A DNA stretch of 64,000 bases from Balamuthia mandrillaris (lineage: Eukaryota): assembly GCA_031835245.2 (NCBI GenBank), contig JAVKOQ020000023.1:124001-188000 (forward strand). Reading direction: 5' to 3'. The position numbers were made by a program, and so were the translations under genes. The notes under the pieces were generated by a model. It was not told the origin of the DNA. It worked only from the letters and a program-made list of their open reading frames with translations, and ran no database searches. How positions within the stretch are numbered: position 1 is the stretch's first letter; each line of letters opens with the position of its first letter. This document shows, piece after piece, positions 62,156 to 64,000 of the stretch.

Positions 62156-64000
62156 TCACCGCCGCCAAGACGGTAACTTGGCGACCTTGACGGTAACCTC
62201 TGCGGATTCCACCTTGCCTCCATCGTAGTACAGCACCGCTTGGTATCTGTGTTGTCCTTTGGCGGGTCTGTCCTTGCATGTGTAAGGGCGGGCCTTCACG
62301 GTGGCCAACGGCCTTCCATTCTTCAGAAACTCCACTCTCCAGATGGTGTGATAGTTGTCCTTCAGATTCGCTGTCACTGTCAGCAAGGTATTCGCCACGT
62401 ACTCCTTGCTGGCAAGAGGGGACGAGAGGGCAAGGGTTGGTGCGCCCCTCTCAGGAGCAACTTCCACGGAGGAGATGCCGGCTTCTTGGGAGGGAAAGGC
62501 CAGATCAGCGAGAGGCAAAGCCACAGGCGTGGCAGCCACATGGGAGGCCAGACGAGAGGAAAGCACCCAACCCACAGCAAGGTGGTCGGCCCCGTACACT
62601 TCGATCTGTCTGGCTTCGATGTAGTAGATGTGGCCTTCTTTCAGAGTAGCATAACCAGGCTGTTGTTACAATGCGGTGTTAAGCGCAAGAGCGAGGGAGG
62701 GAGGTGAGGAGAATAACAAAAAGCAACTCACTCTGTCCATGCGCCATTCCCCCGGACCCGTCCAGCTTGGAAGATGGGTGACCTGCACTTTGTTTGCGGG
62801 GTCGGAGTCGGAGGATAGGTACAGCCACGCCTCATCGTCACCAGCAAGGTAAAAGACGTACTCCCCTGACACGGGCGCCGTTATGTATCCCGATACAACA
62901 CGGGTGTAGTCTTCTCCAGCCCATTCAGGTGTGGGGAAGCCCTCTAGATACCCTGTGTATGTCGGCGTTCCTATTGCCGTTTAGCGCAATGGGCATTCGT
63001 ATAAGAAGCTACAAATGAAAGGAGAAATGATTTATGCTTTATGGTGGAAAGGAAGAGCGCTTACCACTTGGAATTGAGTCTGGAGTCTGCCCATTCCATC
63101 TTCTCTCCAGCAGTCCCTTCTTGGCTTGCCCAGCCGGCATGCATACCACCGTCACTTGTCCGTAACCCACCACACCTGCCTCTGATGTTACCCTAACCAC
63201 CAACTGCTTTACCCAAGGAGCTTGCTTCGTGCTCACTTTCTTCAACAACAGCTTCCCAGTCTTCCTCACCTCAAAGTTACCGTCGGTATCGCCATAAACG
63301 ATGGCAACATTGGCCACTGGGGAGGTGGACTGGAAACGGATAACTCCAAGGAGGTCACCCACTTCGGCGGTGGCTTGATAGGTGATAATCGCTTTGTGAA
63401 CCACTGGAGCGCTGTCCGTCACGGCCATGATGTTGATGGTGAACTGCACCTCCTTGAAGGAACGAGCGTTGGAGAAAGGAATGCCATCCCCCTCCGCTCT
63501 GACTGTGAGACTCAACGAACTGGGAGCTCGAGGATGAACGTTCATAAGGCTCAGCTCCCCACTGAACTCATCCAGGAAAAAGATATTGTCGGGGTCGCCG
63601 GAGACTATGCTATAATGATGGATCTCTCCAGGGTCTGGATCCGTGGCTTTGAAAGTATGCAGCACGGAGTGGAGCTTGTCCTGCGGCACGTTCAGAGTGC
63701 CTGGATTGGACAGACTTTGGATGTCCGAGTTGCCGTTCCACTTGGCATAGTTTTTGGCTTTTATACTGTTGATGACAGCAGCGGAGATGCCGTAGCCCCT
63801 TTTGCCCAGCCCGTACCGCATGAAGTACGCTTGCAGGTCCCTCTCAGCGGCATCGCAGAACAGCAGGTAGAATCGGTTTCTGTAGTAGTTCACGTCCTCC
63901 TGGTCCAATGCGTCCAGATCGGTATCCACCACTTTGCCTTGTAGCCACGCCATCAAGCGGCTCAGGGCTGTGCGATAGAGCTCCCAGCCGAAGGCCTCGG
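62156..64000 (-). CDS. 3' part of a large modular protein: M60-like metallopeptidase C-terminal region, cadherin-like repeats, PA14 and bacterial Ig-like domain
   Basis: AFGWELYR..FYLLFCDAAERDLQAYFMRYG (M60-like tail); ATDPDPGEIHHYSIVSGDPDNIFFLDEFSGEL (cadherin-like); SGEYVFYLAGDDEAWLYLS (PA14); IWRVEFLKNGRPLATVKARPY (bacterial Ig-like); introns near 62640-62730 and 62960-63065. Confidence 0.75.

Overview
Gene-dense eukaryotic DNA with short GT-AG introns full of (TTC)n/(TC)n microsatellites; there are no prokaryotic operons, CRISPR arrays or RNA genes that I can support. A Dictyostelium-type STAT and the gene/intron style point to an amoebozoan, possibly Balamuthia- or Acanthamoeba-like (inference). 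About 28 genes or gene remnants are visible: STAT, HTTM/vitamin K-dependent carboxylase-like, TAF12, a Pol-beta-type nucleotidyltransferase, MetAP, a rolling-stone-like membrane protein, HOP2, a head-to-head pair of BC-box/LRR/ARM paralogs, UIM and F-box genes, S10 carboxypeptidase, GNAT, GATA factor, CLC transporter, ABHD11, RsmE, cupin, ACBP, a MYND-USP-CS-SEC-C deubiquitinase, a secreted beta-propeller, a 2OG-Fe(II) oxygenase, an AIFM2/FSP1-like oxidoreductase, MEI1/PRD1-like, and the 3' part of an M60-like peptidase-cadherin-PA14-Ig protein. Most notable: (i) a cluster of ubiquitin-ligase adaptor genes at about 17-30 kb containing a 392-bp identical inverted tract; (ii) an exact 216-bp copy of coding DNA placed upstream of the F-box gene; (iii) two meiosis genes; (iv) a nucleotidyltransferase fused to an apparent RNA-ligase C-terminal domain with no ligase core; (v) short GTCNAC motif arrays on both sides of the AIFM2-like gene; (vi) several bacterial-type genes that carry introns. 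Exon boundaries were inferred by eye and some gene ends are approximate. All family calls come from motif recognition, not database searches.
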